From an uncultured Alphaproteobacteria bacterium (GTDB taxonomy: Bacteria; Pseudomonadota; Alphaproteobacteria; MPNO01; UBA830), in assembly GCA_913046035.1 (NCBI GenBank), contig CAJWSW010000006.1, positions 6,493 to 70,492 on the forward strand: a stretch of DNA of 64,000 nt, in the 5' to 3' direction. Both the position numbers and the translations under genes were made by a program. The notes below the pieces were generated by a model, which saw only the letters and a list, made by a program, of their open reading frames with translations, was not told the DNA's origin and made no database searches. This document shows positions 22,358-31,900 of this stretch, in pieces. The first letter of the stretch is position 1. Every line of letters begins with the position of its first letter.

Positions 22358-23407
22358 CTATTTCAAAAAAACAAATGCTTGGTCCTGATCGATTTCGACT
22401 GGAATTCTGTCACCAAGGTCGAAAGCTGCAGCTTGAGGATACCTCACTTCCACATGTGTGTGGGGTTGCGGCCAATCGCCAATTCCGAGGCGAATAAGGC
22501 TGGAATTACCCGCATACTGTACGCCGCAGACTAGCAAGGAATTTGGTGATGAATCGTCTCCACTTTGGGTCACAATCTTGAATGCCTCTGGACGTAACAG
22601 AACCTGAGCCGCCGCACCTTCCGGAAGATCGGGGTTCCGGAACGCGCCGAGATCAGTCTTGACGATGTCCCCCTCAACAACGCCGTCAATTTGGTTTATA
22701 CGGCCGAAAAAGCTGGCGCTAAATACGTTTGACGGCGATCGGAATAACTCTTTAGGGGTGCCTACCTGAATAACTTTTCCCTCATTCATCAGCACAATCC
22801 GGCTAGCCATAGTGAGGGCCTCCTCGGGATCGTGTGTCACCATTACCGCGGTTACACCGAGTTCTTTTAGCATGCTGAGGGTTTCTTCGGCCATCTCTTC
22901 ACGCAGAGTGGTGTCGAGGCCAGAAAATGGCTCATCAAGCAGCAATAATTTTGGGCCAGGAGCGAGTGCCCTAGCCAAGGCAACGCGTTGCTGTTCTCCT
23001 CCTGACAACATATGGGGATATTTATCGGCATGTTTTTTGAGACGCATACGATCCAGCAACTCACTTACACGTCGTAAGTTTTGCTCTCGACTGAAAGCCA
23101 CCAATCCGTATGAGATGTTTTCAGAAACTGAGAGGTGAGGAAATAGTGCAAAATCTTGAAAAAGTAACCCGACATCTCGCTTATGGGGAGCTACGAGCTT
23201 ATTCGGTGAGGAAACCACTCTACCGCCAAGTGTGATTATCCCTTCGTTGGGACGATCAAGTCCCGCAACAAGCCGCAAGGTAGATGTTTTTCCGCAGCCT
23301 GACGGACCGAGGAGACAAAGCATCTCACCTGTTTGAACCTGGAATGATACATTATTAACTACAACGTTATCACCGAGGTGAAGCGACACCCCTTCCAAGC
23401 TCAACAT
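22358..23407 (-). CDS. fbpC: Fe(III) ABC transporter ATP-binding protein (FbpC/FutC-like)
   Basis: [38 protein letters not shown]; divergent from the futA/fbpB operon; start uncertain. Confidence 0.85.
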   Translation of the reverse strand: MLSLEGVSLHLGDNVVVNNVSFQVQTGEMLCLLGPSGCGKTSTLRLVAGLDRPNEGIITLGGRVVSSPNKLVAPHKRDVGLLFQDFALFPHLSVSENISYGLVAFSREQNLRRVSELLDRMRLKKHADKYPHMLSGGEQQRVALARALAPGPKLLLLDEPFSGLDTTLREEMAEETLSMLKELGVTAVMVTHDPEEALTMASRIVLMNEGKVIQVGTPKELFRSPSNVFSASFFGRINQIDGVVEGDIVKTDLGAFRNPDLPEGAAAQVLLRPEAFKIVTQSGDDSSPNSLLVCGVQYAGNSSLIRLGIGDWPQPHTHVEVRYPQAAAFDLGDRIPVEIDQDQAFVFLK

Positions 23408-23470
23408 GTTTTTGGACAAGCAAGTGTTATCAAGGTCTTTGTCTTTAACACCCCGAGCCTGCTTCCTTTT

Positions 23471-23491
23471 ATTAAAACTCATTCTCATTTA
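23471..23491 (-). promoter_or_regulatory. Fur-like site upstream of fbpC
   Basis: Minus strand TAAATGAGAATGAGTTTTAAT shares 13 nt (TAAATGAGAATGA) with the site starting at 22200. Confidence 0.5.
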
Positions 23492-23620
23492 ACCCCTGGT
23501 AAGGATCTGTGCAAGATGGAACTTGATATGATTTTAAGAAGGAAAAAACCGGCTCTTTAAGAGAAATCCGGTAAGACATCCAGAATCTCGCAGAACTTCA
23601 ACTAAATCCAGCTTTGAAAT

Positions 23621-23676
23621 TTGACTTTGCAAGTCACTCGCATTATTAACTTCGGTGATTTTGCAAATCATTCGCA
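23621..23676 (+). promoter_or_regulatory. Promoter with two tandem 7-1-7 Fur/Mur(alpha)-type boxes
   Basis: TTGACT (23621)-N17-TATTAA (23644); TGCAAGT-C-ACTCGCA (23628-23642) in the spacer and TGCAAAT-C-ATTCGCA (23662-23676) downstream. Confidence 0.75.
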
Positions 23677-23696
23677 CCTCGAGAAAGGAAAACCCC

Positions 23697-25091
23697 ATGA
23701 ATAAACGGTTAATCGCAAGCGCCTTTATAATAGTGGCGCCCGCTATTGCCACACCGGCCTCCGCCGGCGATGCGGTCTATGGAAAGTTCCCGGTTACTCT
23801 TAAAAGTTGGATGGGCAACGAAACGAATAGCGTTGCATACACAGGACAAATAGCGCGACAAGTTTTACATGACTCACTAAAAAAACTTGCCGGGAAAGGC
23901 AATGGAAAGCCTAACGCAGCGCTGCAAGCCGAGATGATGCTCTACTTCGAGGGCAAAGGAAAAAATCGCAAAATCCTAGCCCCGACGTCCAAGGGTCCAT
24001 TTGTTATAAAACAAAAAACAGTCGGAGAAATAAGCAATCCAAATCTCGCGGGAAAAACCTACAAGGGCACCGTATCCGGAATGCCAAACAATATGACTGG
24101 GCCGGAATTGATTAAATTTTGGATCGGGAAAGCAGCTAGCGCTAATAAAGGGGTAGACATGGCTAACGGATACAATTATCCGCAGCTCATATCAAAATTC
24201 ATATTAGGCGCAGTATTTTATCATCAGGCCGTCGACAATTATCTCGATGAAAAGATGACAGCTGGCAACAAACCTAACAACAAGCCCTACAAAAAGGGTA
24301 AGCATTATACCGGAAAAGAACACAGTTGGGACGAAGCCTTTGGATATTTTGGCTTCCCTGCTCATGGTTTAATGCTCTCGCCGTCACAACTTTATGACAT
24401 TGCCAAGCGCAAGCCGACCGCGGTCAGTATTGCGGATGCAAATAGCGATGGGAAGATTGATCTGTACAATGAGATGGTTTTTGGACCAGCATACTATGCT
24501 GCTGGCTCAGATAAATCGAAAAAGACAGCATATGCAAAGACGATCGGCAAAGCGTTCCTTGATGGGCGAAAATTGATCGCATCAGCGGATGGCAACGCGT
24601 TAAACAGCTCTCAGCTTGGCCAGATCGCCCAATATGCCAGGGTGATCGAAGAAAACTGGGAAAAAACACTAGCGGAAGCCACATTTAAATATGCTGGCTC
24701 CTGTTTCAAGGATTTGCAAGCTATCAAGGCGAATCCCTCTGATGCCAAAGTCCTTGCCAAATACGTTAAACATTGGGGAGAGCTAAAGGGCTTTTCGCTT
24801 GCCATGCAAACGGGCCGAAAGAACCTAGGAGATACCGCAACGCGGCTTAATCGACTTATCGGCTTCGGCCCCGTGATGCCTAATTCTAGCCAGGTAATAG
24901 ATATTGATTCTGGTGGGAACTATGTGAAAGACCAGGCGTCGGGTATTAATGAATACATGGGTCACATGCTCAAAGTGCAAAAGCTTATTGTCGACAAATA
25001 CGGCATAAAGGCCCGCAAAAATGATCAGCTTGCTGGTATGTCAGATATGCTAAAAAAACTCGGTAGCGGATCTGCAGCTGAAAACGACTAA
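23697..25091 (+). CDS. Secreted/periplasmic protein, DUF4856-like
   Basis: AAAGGA RBS; signal peptide MNKRLIASAFIIVAPAIATPASA; YLDEK and EHSWDEAFGYFG motifs recalled as DUF4856-like (not searched). Confidence 0.7.
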   Translation: MNKRLIASAFIIVAPAIATPASAGDAVYGKFPVTLKSWMGNETNSVAYTGQIARQVLHDSLKKLAGKGNGKPNAALQAEMMLYFEGKGKNRKILAPTSKGPFVIKQKTVGEISNPNLAGKTYKGTVSGMPNNMTGPELIKFWIGKAASANKGVDMANGYNYPQLISKFILGAVFYHQAVDNYLDEKMTAGNKPNNKPYKKGKHYTGKEHSWDEAFGYFGFPAHGLMLSPSQLYDIAKRKPTAVSIADANSDGKIDLYNEMVFGPAYYAAGSDKSKKTAYAKTIGKAFLDGRKLIASADGNALNSSQLGQIAQYARVIEENWEKTLAEATFKYAGSCFKDLQAIKANPSDAKVLAKYVKHWGELKGFSLAMQTGRKNLGDTATRLNRLIGFGPVMPNSSQVIDIDSGGNYVKDQASGINEYMGHMLKVQKLIVDKYGIKARKNDQLAGMSDMLKKLGSGSAAEND

Positions 25092-25103
25092 AGCCATTAG
25101 AAT

Positions 25104-25146
25104 GCGGCGGTCGCCTAGCTAAACGGGCGGCCGCCGTCCCATTTTT
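25104..25146 (+). terminator. Intercistronic GC-rich hairpin (weak terminator or mRNA stabiliser)
   Basis: 13-bp stem GCGGCGGTCGCCT/GGGCGGCCGCCGT with three G-U pairs that form only on the + strand, followed by CCCATTTTT. Confidence 0.6.
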
Positions 25147-25159
25147 AGGGAATTTACTA

Positions 25160-26179
25160 TTGCCGATCCTTGACTGGATAAATGGAGAATACATTCCCCA
25201 TCTTTTAGATGGCTTTCTGAACCCACAGAAAAGGGTTTCCCTTCTCTATCTGTCTATTGCAGCAGCGTTAGCGATTATATGGAGCGTTTACGTCTCGCGT
25301 GGGAGCGTTCGGAAGGGTTTTTTAATTGCCCGAGACAAGCTTTTTAGCCAACGTGTCTGGTTCTCACATTCGGCGCGAGGTGACTACAAGTTACTGCTTG
25401 CAAACCACGCGCTACTTTTATTGATTGCACCCCTGCTGCTATCGAAACTAACGGCAACAACAGCCCTTTTTTTCTTTTTCATAGACATTTTCCCGTCAGG
25501 GGCAGCTGTTCTCTCATCCACGTCTCCACTTTTAGTTGCAATAACCTACACAATCTTTCTTTTTCTATTGGATGACTTTTCACGCTTTGCAACGCACTTT
25601 GCACTCCATCGCGTCCCCGCACTCTGGGCGTTTCACAAAATTCACCATAGCGCAGAGACACTGAGCCCGCTTACGGTTTATCGAACCCATCCGCTGGAGG
25701 CGGTCATATTCTCATTCCGCGCCATAGTTGTGCAGTCTTCAGCGATTTCAATATTTGTTTTTCTTTTTGGTTCTTCTGTTGATCTGGTTTCGATCTACGG
25801 GGTTAATGCGATCTTATTTCTATTCAACGTCACTGGGTCTAACCTTCGTCACTCCCACATCCCAATAGGATATGGACGGCTAGCTGAGCATTTTTTGATC
25901 TCTCCGGCACAACACCAGATCCATCATTCTCTTGATCCAAACCATTATGACCGAAACTTTGGCGCTGCACTTGCCATCTGGGATTGGATAGCCGGTAGTT
26001 TGTGCAAATCTCGGACAGATATGGTGCTAAAATTCGGGCTCACCGATAGAGAAAACTTGCAAAGCCAAAAACTTCTGCACTTCTACTTTTCTCCGTTCCG
26101 GGAATTATTTGATAGGGGTCGGAACGACCCGTTTTATCGCAATCGAAACCATAGGAATTTGACAAAAAATGCGGTCTAG
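25160..26179 (+). CDS. Sterol desaturase / fatty acid hydroxylase superfamily membrane protein
   Basis: His boxes HFALH, HKIHHS, RHSH, HQIHHS, NFG...WD; several TM helices; TTG start. Confidence 0.88.
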   Translation: MPILDWINGEYIPHLLDGFLNPQKRVSLLYLSIAAALAIIWSVYVSRGSVRKGFLIARDKLFSQRVWFSHSARGDYKLLLANHALLLLIAPLLLSKLTATTALFFFFIDIFPSGAAVLSSTSPLLVAITYTIFLFLLDDFSRFATHFALHRVPALWAFHKIHHSAETLSPLTVYRTHPLEAVIFSFRAIVVQSSAISIFVFLFGSSVDLVSIYGVNAILFLFNVTGSNLRHSHIPIGYGRLAEHFLISPAQHQIHHSLDPNHYDRNFGAALAIWDWIAGSLCKSRTDMVLKFGLTDRENLQSQKLLHFYFSPFRELFDRGRNDPFYRNRNHRNLTKNAV

Positions 26180-27197
26180 AATGATTTTTGCAGCGCTCGC
26201 GCTGATAATGGTCCTGCAAACTGGCGTAGCTTCAATTACCTCTGCACGTGCCGCAGAGCTGAACGTCTATTCCCACCGACAACCGTTTCTGATCAACCCT
26301 TTTCTAAAGGCGTTCGAAGAGAAGACCGGCACTAAGGTCAATGTCGTCTTTGCGTCTAAGGGGCTTGTTCAGCGGCTACTGGCAGAGGGACAGAGAAGCC
26401 CTGCAGATGTAGTCCTTACAGTCGATATCGGCAGGCTGTACGCGTATGCAGATAAGAACCTTTTTGCAAAGGTTACATCACCAAAGCTCTCCCAAAACAT
26501 CCCCGCTCATTTACGCGATGTGGATAACCGCTGGTTCGGCCTGTCAAAGCGTGCCCGGGTCGTCGCGATATCCAGAGACCGAGTCAAACCATCAGAGGTC
26601 CAAAAAATCGAAGATCTCGCTGACCCGAAATGGAAAGGCCGGGTTTGCAGTCGCCCGGGCAGCCATGTCTATAACCGCGCACTGCTCGCATCAATAATCG
26701 CGGCCCATGGCAAAGAGACCGCGGAAGAATGGGCACGAGGATTGGTAGCAAACATGGCACGACGTCCTCAAGGAAACGATCGCGCACAGGTCAAAGCAAT
26801 ATTCGAAGGCGTATGCGATGTCGCTATAATTAACAGTTACTATTACGGGAAACTTAAGACCTCTAAGGTGCCGGCCCAGCGCAAATGGGCAGAGGCCATA
26901 CAGATTGTCTTCACAAATCAGAATGACAGGGGCAATCACGTTAATATTTCGGGCGGCGGCGTTGCTGTCCACTCTAAGAATAAAGCAAGAGCGGTGAAGT
27001 TATTGGAGTTTTTGACCGAGAAAACAGCGCAGGATCTGTACGGACGGATCAATTACGAATTCCCGGTAAATCCTATGGTGGAGGCGGGCCCAGAAGTGAA
27101 ATCTTGGGGTACTTTTAAAGAAGACCAGCAACCTATAAGTCGTATTGCCACATTGATTCCCGTAGCACAGCGGGTTATCGATCGTGTTGGATGGTAA
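26169..27197 (+). CDS. futA: Fe(III) ABC transporter substrate-binding protein (FutA/FbpA)
   Basis: Signal peptide, NVYSHRQ, EG..SPADV..TVD, HVYN, NSYYYG tyrosine iron ligands, HVNISG. Confidence 0.92.
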   Translation: MRSRMIFAALALIMVLQTGVASITSARAAELNVYSHRQPFLINPFLKAFEEKTGTKVNVVFASKGLVQRLLAEGQRSPADVVLTVDIGRLYAYADKNLFAKVTSPKLSQNIPAHLRDVDNRWFGLSKRARVVAISRDRVKPSEVQKIEDLADPKWKGRVCSRPGSHVYNRALLASIIAAHGKETAEEWARGLVANMARRPQGNDRAQVKAIFEGVCDVAIINSYYYGKLKTSKVPAQRKWAEAIQIVFTNQNDRGNHVNISGGGVAVHSKNKARAVKLLEFLTEKTAQDLYGRINYEFPVNPMVEAGPEVKSWGTFKEDQQPISRIATLIPVAQRVIDRVGW

Positions 27198-28864
27198 AAA
27201 CATTTTCTTTTCTATTTAAAAGCAAGAACGGAGATCCGCCGAGCGTCTGGTCGATAGCCACGCTAACGGCGGGCCTAATTCTTATTGGTCCGTTTTTCGC
27301 GCTTTTCGTTACTGCGGCGGGCGAAAGCGGGGGTTTGTGGTCGCACTTGATGCAAACCGTATTTCCTCGTTATGTAGGAAACACGCTCGCCCTCATGGTC
27401 GGTGTAGGCGCCATCAGTCTGTTCTTTGGCATCACAACAGCCTGGGTCGTTGCGCGTTTTCGTTTTCCCGGAGACTGGGCACTCGAGTGGATGCTGTTGC
27501 TACCGGCAACGGTTCCTGCATATATCATCGCATACACCTACACTGATCTCTTAGAATACGCAGGACCGGTTCAAGGCCTGTTGCGCGAAATTTTTGGTTG
27601 GCAATCAGCCAGAGATTATTGGTTCCCGGAAATTCGTTCACTAGGTGGCGCGATGCTCGTAATGGCTTCGGTGCTTTATCCTTATATATACCTTCTTGCG
27701 CGAACGGCATTTCGCCTAACGCCGGCGTCATATTTTGAGGTCGCACAACTTCACAACCGGAATTTTACATTAACTGCCGACATCGCACTCGCCCGGCCAG
27801 CAATAGTCGCTGGCCTTGCCCTTGTTCTTATGGAAGTCATTTCAGATTTTGGCACGGTCGACTATTTTGCGGTAGAGACACTCACTCTGGGAATTTTTAA
27901 CGTCTGGCTCGGGATGAACAACCTGATCGCCGCTGCGCAAATTGCGGGCATCGCGTTCATTTTCATCATTGGGCTTCTCTATATAGAGAGAACAGCTCGA
28001 TCTCGGCAACGCTTCACGGACACCACCCAGCGCAACAAAGAAATCGTACCCAAAAGAGTGTCCCGTGGATGGGGCGCAGTTTGTATTCTTATATGTCTGA
28101 CGCCGATTCTTCTTGGATTTGGAGTTCCGGTCGGAGTGCTACTTAATTTCATTTTGCAGGGACTTGCAATATCTGACCCAGGCGCTCTGACAAGCAGCGC
28201 GATCAATTCGGTATTAGTATCCCTAGCGGCAGCAGTTTGCGTGGTGACGCTAGCGGCAGCGATGGTTCTAACGGTGTCATACAAGAAACATCCTTTTCTG
28301 AACCTGCTTACCGCAGTGTCCGCTACCGGATATGCATTTCCGGGCGTAGTATTGGCCATCGGCGTGGTTTCATTCTCCGGCGCGCTTGACGGATTGATTG
28401 CTAATCTTGCAACTGAGGTTTTAGGTGTACCCTCAGACGGCGTCCTAATAGGAAGCGTCGCTCTGCTTGTCCTCGCGTACGTAACCCGCTTTCAGGCAAT
28501 TGGATATGGCGCGATGTCAGCCGGCGTCGAACGGCTCTCTCCAAATGTGATGAATGCCAGCTTCGTCCTTGGCCGAGGGTTCTCCAGAACCATGGGCTCT
28601 CTCGCGCCGCGTCTCCTTCGTAGTTCAATGATGGCCGCAGGGCTTCTTGTTTTTGTAGATGTTATGAAAGAGCTACCGATGACACTTCTCCTCCGACCTT
28701 TTAATTTTGATACACTCTCGACATATGTCTACCAGTTCGCAAAGGATGAATTATTAGAAGAGGCCGCTTTAGCAGCTCTAGCGATAGTTGCAGCCGGATT
28801 AGGACCGGTCATCTTAATGAACGCATCTCAAAAAAAACGTAGTCGCTCAAAATCGTTTGAATAA
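27191..28864 (+). CDS. fbpB: Fe(III) ABC transporter permease (FbpB/FutB)
   Basis: Duplicated permease with PAYIIAY, LYPYIYLLAR, DFGTV, KELP.TLLLRPFNFDTL. Confidence 0.92.
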   Translation: MVKTFSFLFKSKNGDPPSVWSIATLTAGLILIGPFFALFVTAAGESGGLWSHLMQTVFPRYVGNTLALMVGVGAISLFFGITTAWVVARFRFPGDWALEWMLLLPATVPAYIIAYTYTDLLEYAGPVQGLLREIFGWQSARDYWFPEIRSLGGAMLVMASVLYPYIYLLARTAFRLTPASYFEVAQLHNRNFTLTADIALARPAIVAGLALVLMEVISDFGTVDYFAVETLTLGIFNVWLGMNNLIAAAQIAGIAFIFIIGLLYIERTARSRQRFTDTTQRNKEIVPKRVSRGWGAVCILICLTPILLGFGVPVGVLLNFILQGLAISDPGALTSSAINSVLVSLAAAVCVVTLAAAMVLTVSYKKHPFLNLLTAVSATGYAFPGVVLAIGVVSFSGALDGLIANLATEVLGVPSDGVLIGSVALLVLAYVTRFQAIGYGAMSAGVERLSPNVMNASFVLGRGFSRTMGSLAPRLLRSSMMAAGLLVFVDVMKELPMTLLLRPFNFDTLSTYVYQFAKDELLEEAALAALAIVAAGLGPVILMNASQKKRSRSKSFE

Positions 28865-28967
28865 AACTTGAAAATCAAACTGTGTTATATGCCCCTCCAA
28901 TATATCAGCGCCAAACTTGTCGAGCCTTTACTTGTAAAGCCAAAAGCTGGACCCAGCGGCACTATTC

Positions 28968-31900
28968 TTAGTGCGCCTCGTCCCAGTTGAGACCAGTACC
29001 GGTGTCCACCACCAATGGTAATTCCAGATCGGCAGCACCCTCCATTTTTTTTGTTACGATCGCAGTGGTCTCGTCGACTTCTCCCTCTGGCACCTCGAAA
29101 ATTAACTCGTCATGAACTTGGAGCAGCATTCGAGCGCCAAGGCCCAGTTCTTTCAAGGTTTCCGGTATCCCAATCATCGCGCGCTTGATGATATCTGCCG
29201 CCGCGCCTTGCAGGGGAGCATTTATGGCGGCGCGCTCCGAAAAATTTCGTCGCGCAGGGTTTTTGTCATTGATTCCGGGAGTATGACACTTCCGGCCGAA
29301 GATTGTCTGGACGAAACCGTGTTCTCGCGCGAAGGTTTTCGTCGTTTCCATGTAGTCTCTAATACCCGGAAATTTCTTAAAGTAATTGTCGATATACTGT
29401 TTTGCCTCTCCCTGGGGAATAGATAACTGACGGGCTAAGCCGAAAGGACTTATCCCATATATGATGCCAAAATTGATCGCTTTGGCACGACTTCTTACCG
29501 AGGGCTCCATATTTTCTATGGGAATTCCAAATACCTCACTTGCAGTCATTGCGTGTATATCTTTTCCGTCCCGAAACGCTTCTCGCAGAGCCTCAATACC
29601 CGCAACATGGGCCAGCAAGCGCAATTCGATTTGCGAATAGTCAGCTGAGAGCAACACATGACCTTTTTCTGGCACGAATGCTTGCCGTATCTTTCTACCT
29701 TCCTCTGTTCGGATTGGGATATTCTGAAGATTAGGATCTGTCGATGAAAGCCGTCCCGTCGATGCTATGGCCTGCGCATATGAAGTATGAATGCGTTTTG
29801 TCGCAGGATTGATCTGCTTAATGAGCGCATCGGTGTAAGTGCTCCGTAATTTGGAAAGCTGACGCCAATCAAGAACGCGGCGTGGAAGATCCAAACCCTC
29901 CGCGGCCAGCCCCTCAAGAACATCAGCGCCAGTACCGTAGGCACCGGTTTTTGTCTTCTTACCGCCTTGTATTCCCATTTCATCGAATAACACTTCGCCT
30001 AGCTGCTTGGGTGAACCAATATTGAATTCGTGACCCGCTAGTTTGTATATGTCCTCGGCTATATCGGCGGTGCGTTTTTCAAAATCACCAGACAATTCTT
30101 TTAGGAAGGTTGCATCCACAATTATGCCCGCCCGCTCCATATCTGATAGGACGGGCACTAAACGGCGCTCCATCGTCTCATACACAGAAGTCATGCGTTC
30201 TTCAGAAATCCGCGGTTTCAGCTGACGGTAGAGGCGGCCAGTGACCTCCGCGTCCTCAGCTGCGTAATCTAACGCTTTATCAAGCGGCACATGATCGAAA
30301 CTTACTTGGTTCTTGCCAGTGCCGGCCACCTCAGAAAATTTAATATTGGTATGACCCAGGTGCAGTGCCGCTAGTTCATCCAATCCATGGCCATGCAGTC
30401 CGCCTTCAAGCACGTAAGAAAGCAACATAGTATCGTCTATAGGCCCAACCTCTACGCCATAGCGCGCCATAACCTGCATATCATATTTAATGTTGTGGCC
30501 AACCTTCAAAATGCCAGGGTCTTCTAATAGGGGTTTCAACATTTCGATCACACGGGTACGCGCGAGCTGCTTCGGAAGCTCCGGCGAAACATTACTTCTT
30601 ATCGCTCCCAGATCGAGCTCATCATTTCCTTGATTACCCGCAGAGATATGTGCGACAGGCACATAGCAGGCACGGCCACCCTGAACCGAGAGTGACAAAC
30701 CCACTAGGTCTGCTTGCATGGCATCAAGCGAATTCGTCTCTGTATCGAATGCGAACACACCTGCTAATTGAATTTCGTCGATCCAACCTTGCAGAGCGTC
30801 CTCCTCTTGCACAAGCTCGTATGCTCCTTCGCCAGGCGCGGTTACTGCGTCTGGGTTAGAGTTTTCCGCTTCAACGCCGAATTCGGACAGTGCTCTCGAT
30901 AAGGCGGACTTAAACCCCTGTTTTTCAAGCCATGGTATCAGAACCTCGGGATCGGGGCGTTTTTTCTGAAACTGAGCGATGTCCCCTTTGACGGGAACAT
31001 CAGCTCTTAAAGTCACTAATTCGCGAGAGACACGGGCGATACCCTGCTCCTCGTAAAGCAGCTCAGCATAACTCGTGTTAACCTTCGAATAAAACCTGTA
31101 ATCGATAATCTGTTGCGCTATCTCGTATCCGCTTGCGGCCAGCTCATTCAGCGCGGCGGCGTTGGTTGTAGGTTTTCCCGATTTCTTATCCTTTGGTACT
31201 GGGAGGTTAAGTTCGTCTATCAAAACCTCTTTTAACTGCTTTGGCGAACCAATTCCGAACTCTCGGCCCGCGATTTCGTAGATACGTTTTTGGCATGTCT
31301 CTGCCTTTAGGACAGCGTCCGCTTTAACGGCGTCGGTGTTCTGAACGGCCTCTAGAATCTTTTCAAGATCACCGTATTCGCGCACCAGTGCGGCAGCTGG
31401 TGCCTCGCCAATACCTTTTATGCCAGGTACGTTATCAGTCGAATCACCAAGCAAAGCCTGAACATCGACTACATTTTCAGGGCCAACACCAAATTTTTCC
31501 ACCACTTCTTCGGGGCCGATAAACCGGTTCTTCATCGGATCCATCATACGAACGCGCGGCCCCACAAGCTGCATCAAGTCCTTATCTGATGACACGATGG
31601 TAACCTCATATCCCTGCTCAACAGCGAGTTTTGCATAGGTAGCGATAAGGTCATCCGCTTCAAAACCCTCCATTTCTAAGCAGGGCAGCGAATATGCCCG
31701 GGTGGCCTCGCGTATAAGTTCGAACTGTGGCACTAACTCATCCGGCGGTGGCGGTCGGTTAGCTTTGTAGTCGGGATAGATCTCAGTCCGGAACGTCTTG
31801 CGCGCAGTATCAAAGATTACCGCAAGAAAGCTCGCACCGGAATCTTCTACCAGCTTGGTGAGCATATTGGTAAAGCCGAAAACCGCATTGACCGGCGTAC

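Noticed and set aside
31056..31330. polA insertion as an intein or an assembly duplication
   Set aside because: No N-terminal Cys/Ser with C-terminal His-Asn splice motif and no homing endonuclease; the copy is only about 45% identical to the resident thumb, too diverged for a collapsed or duplicated assembly repeat
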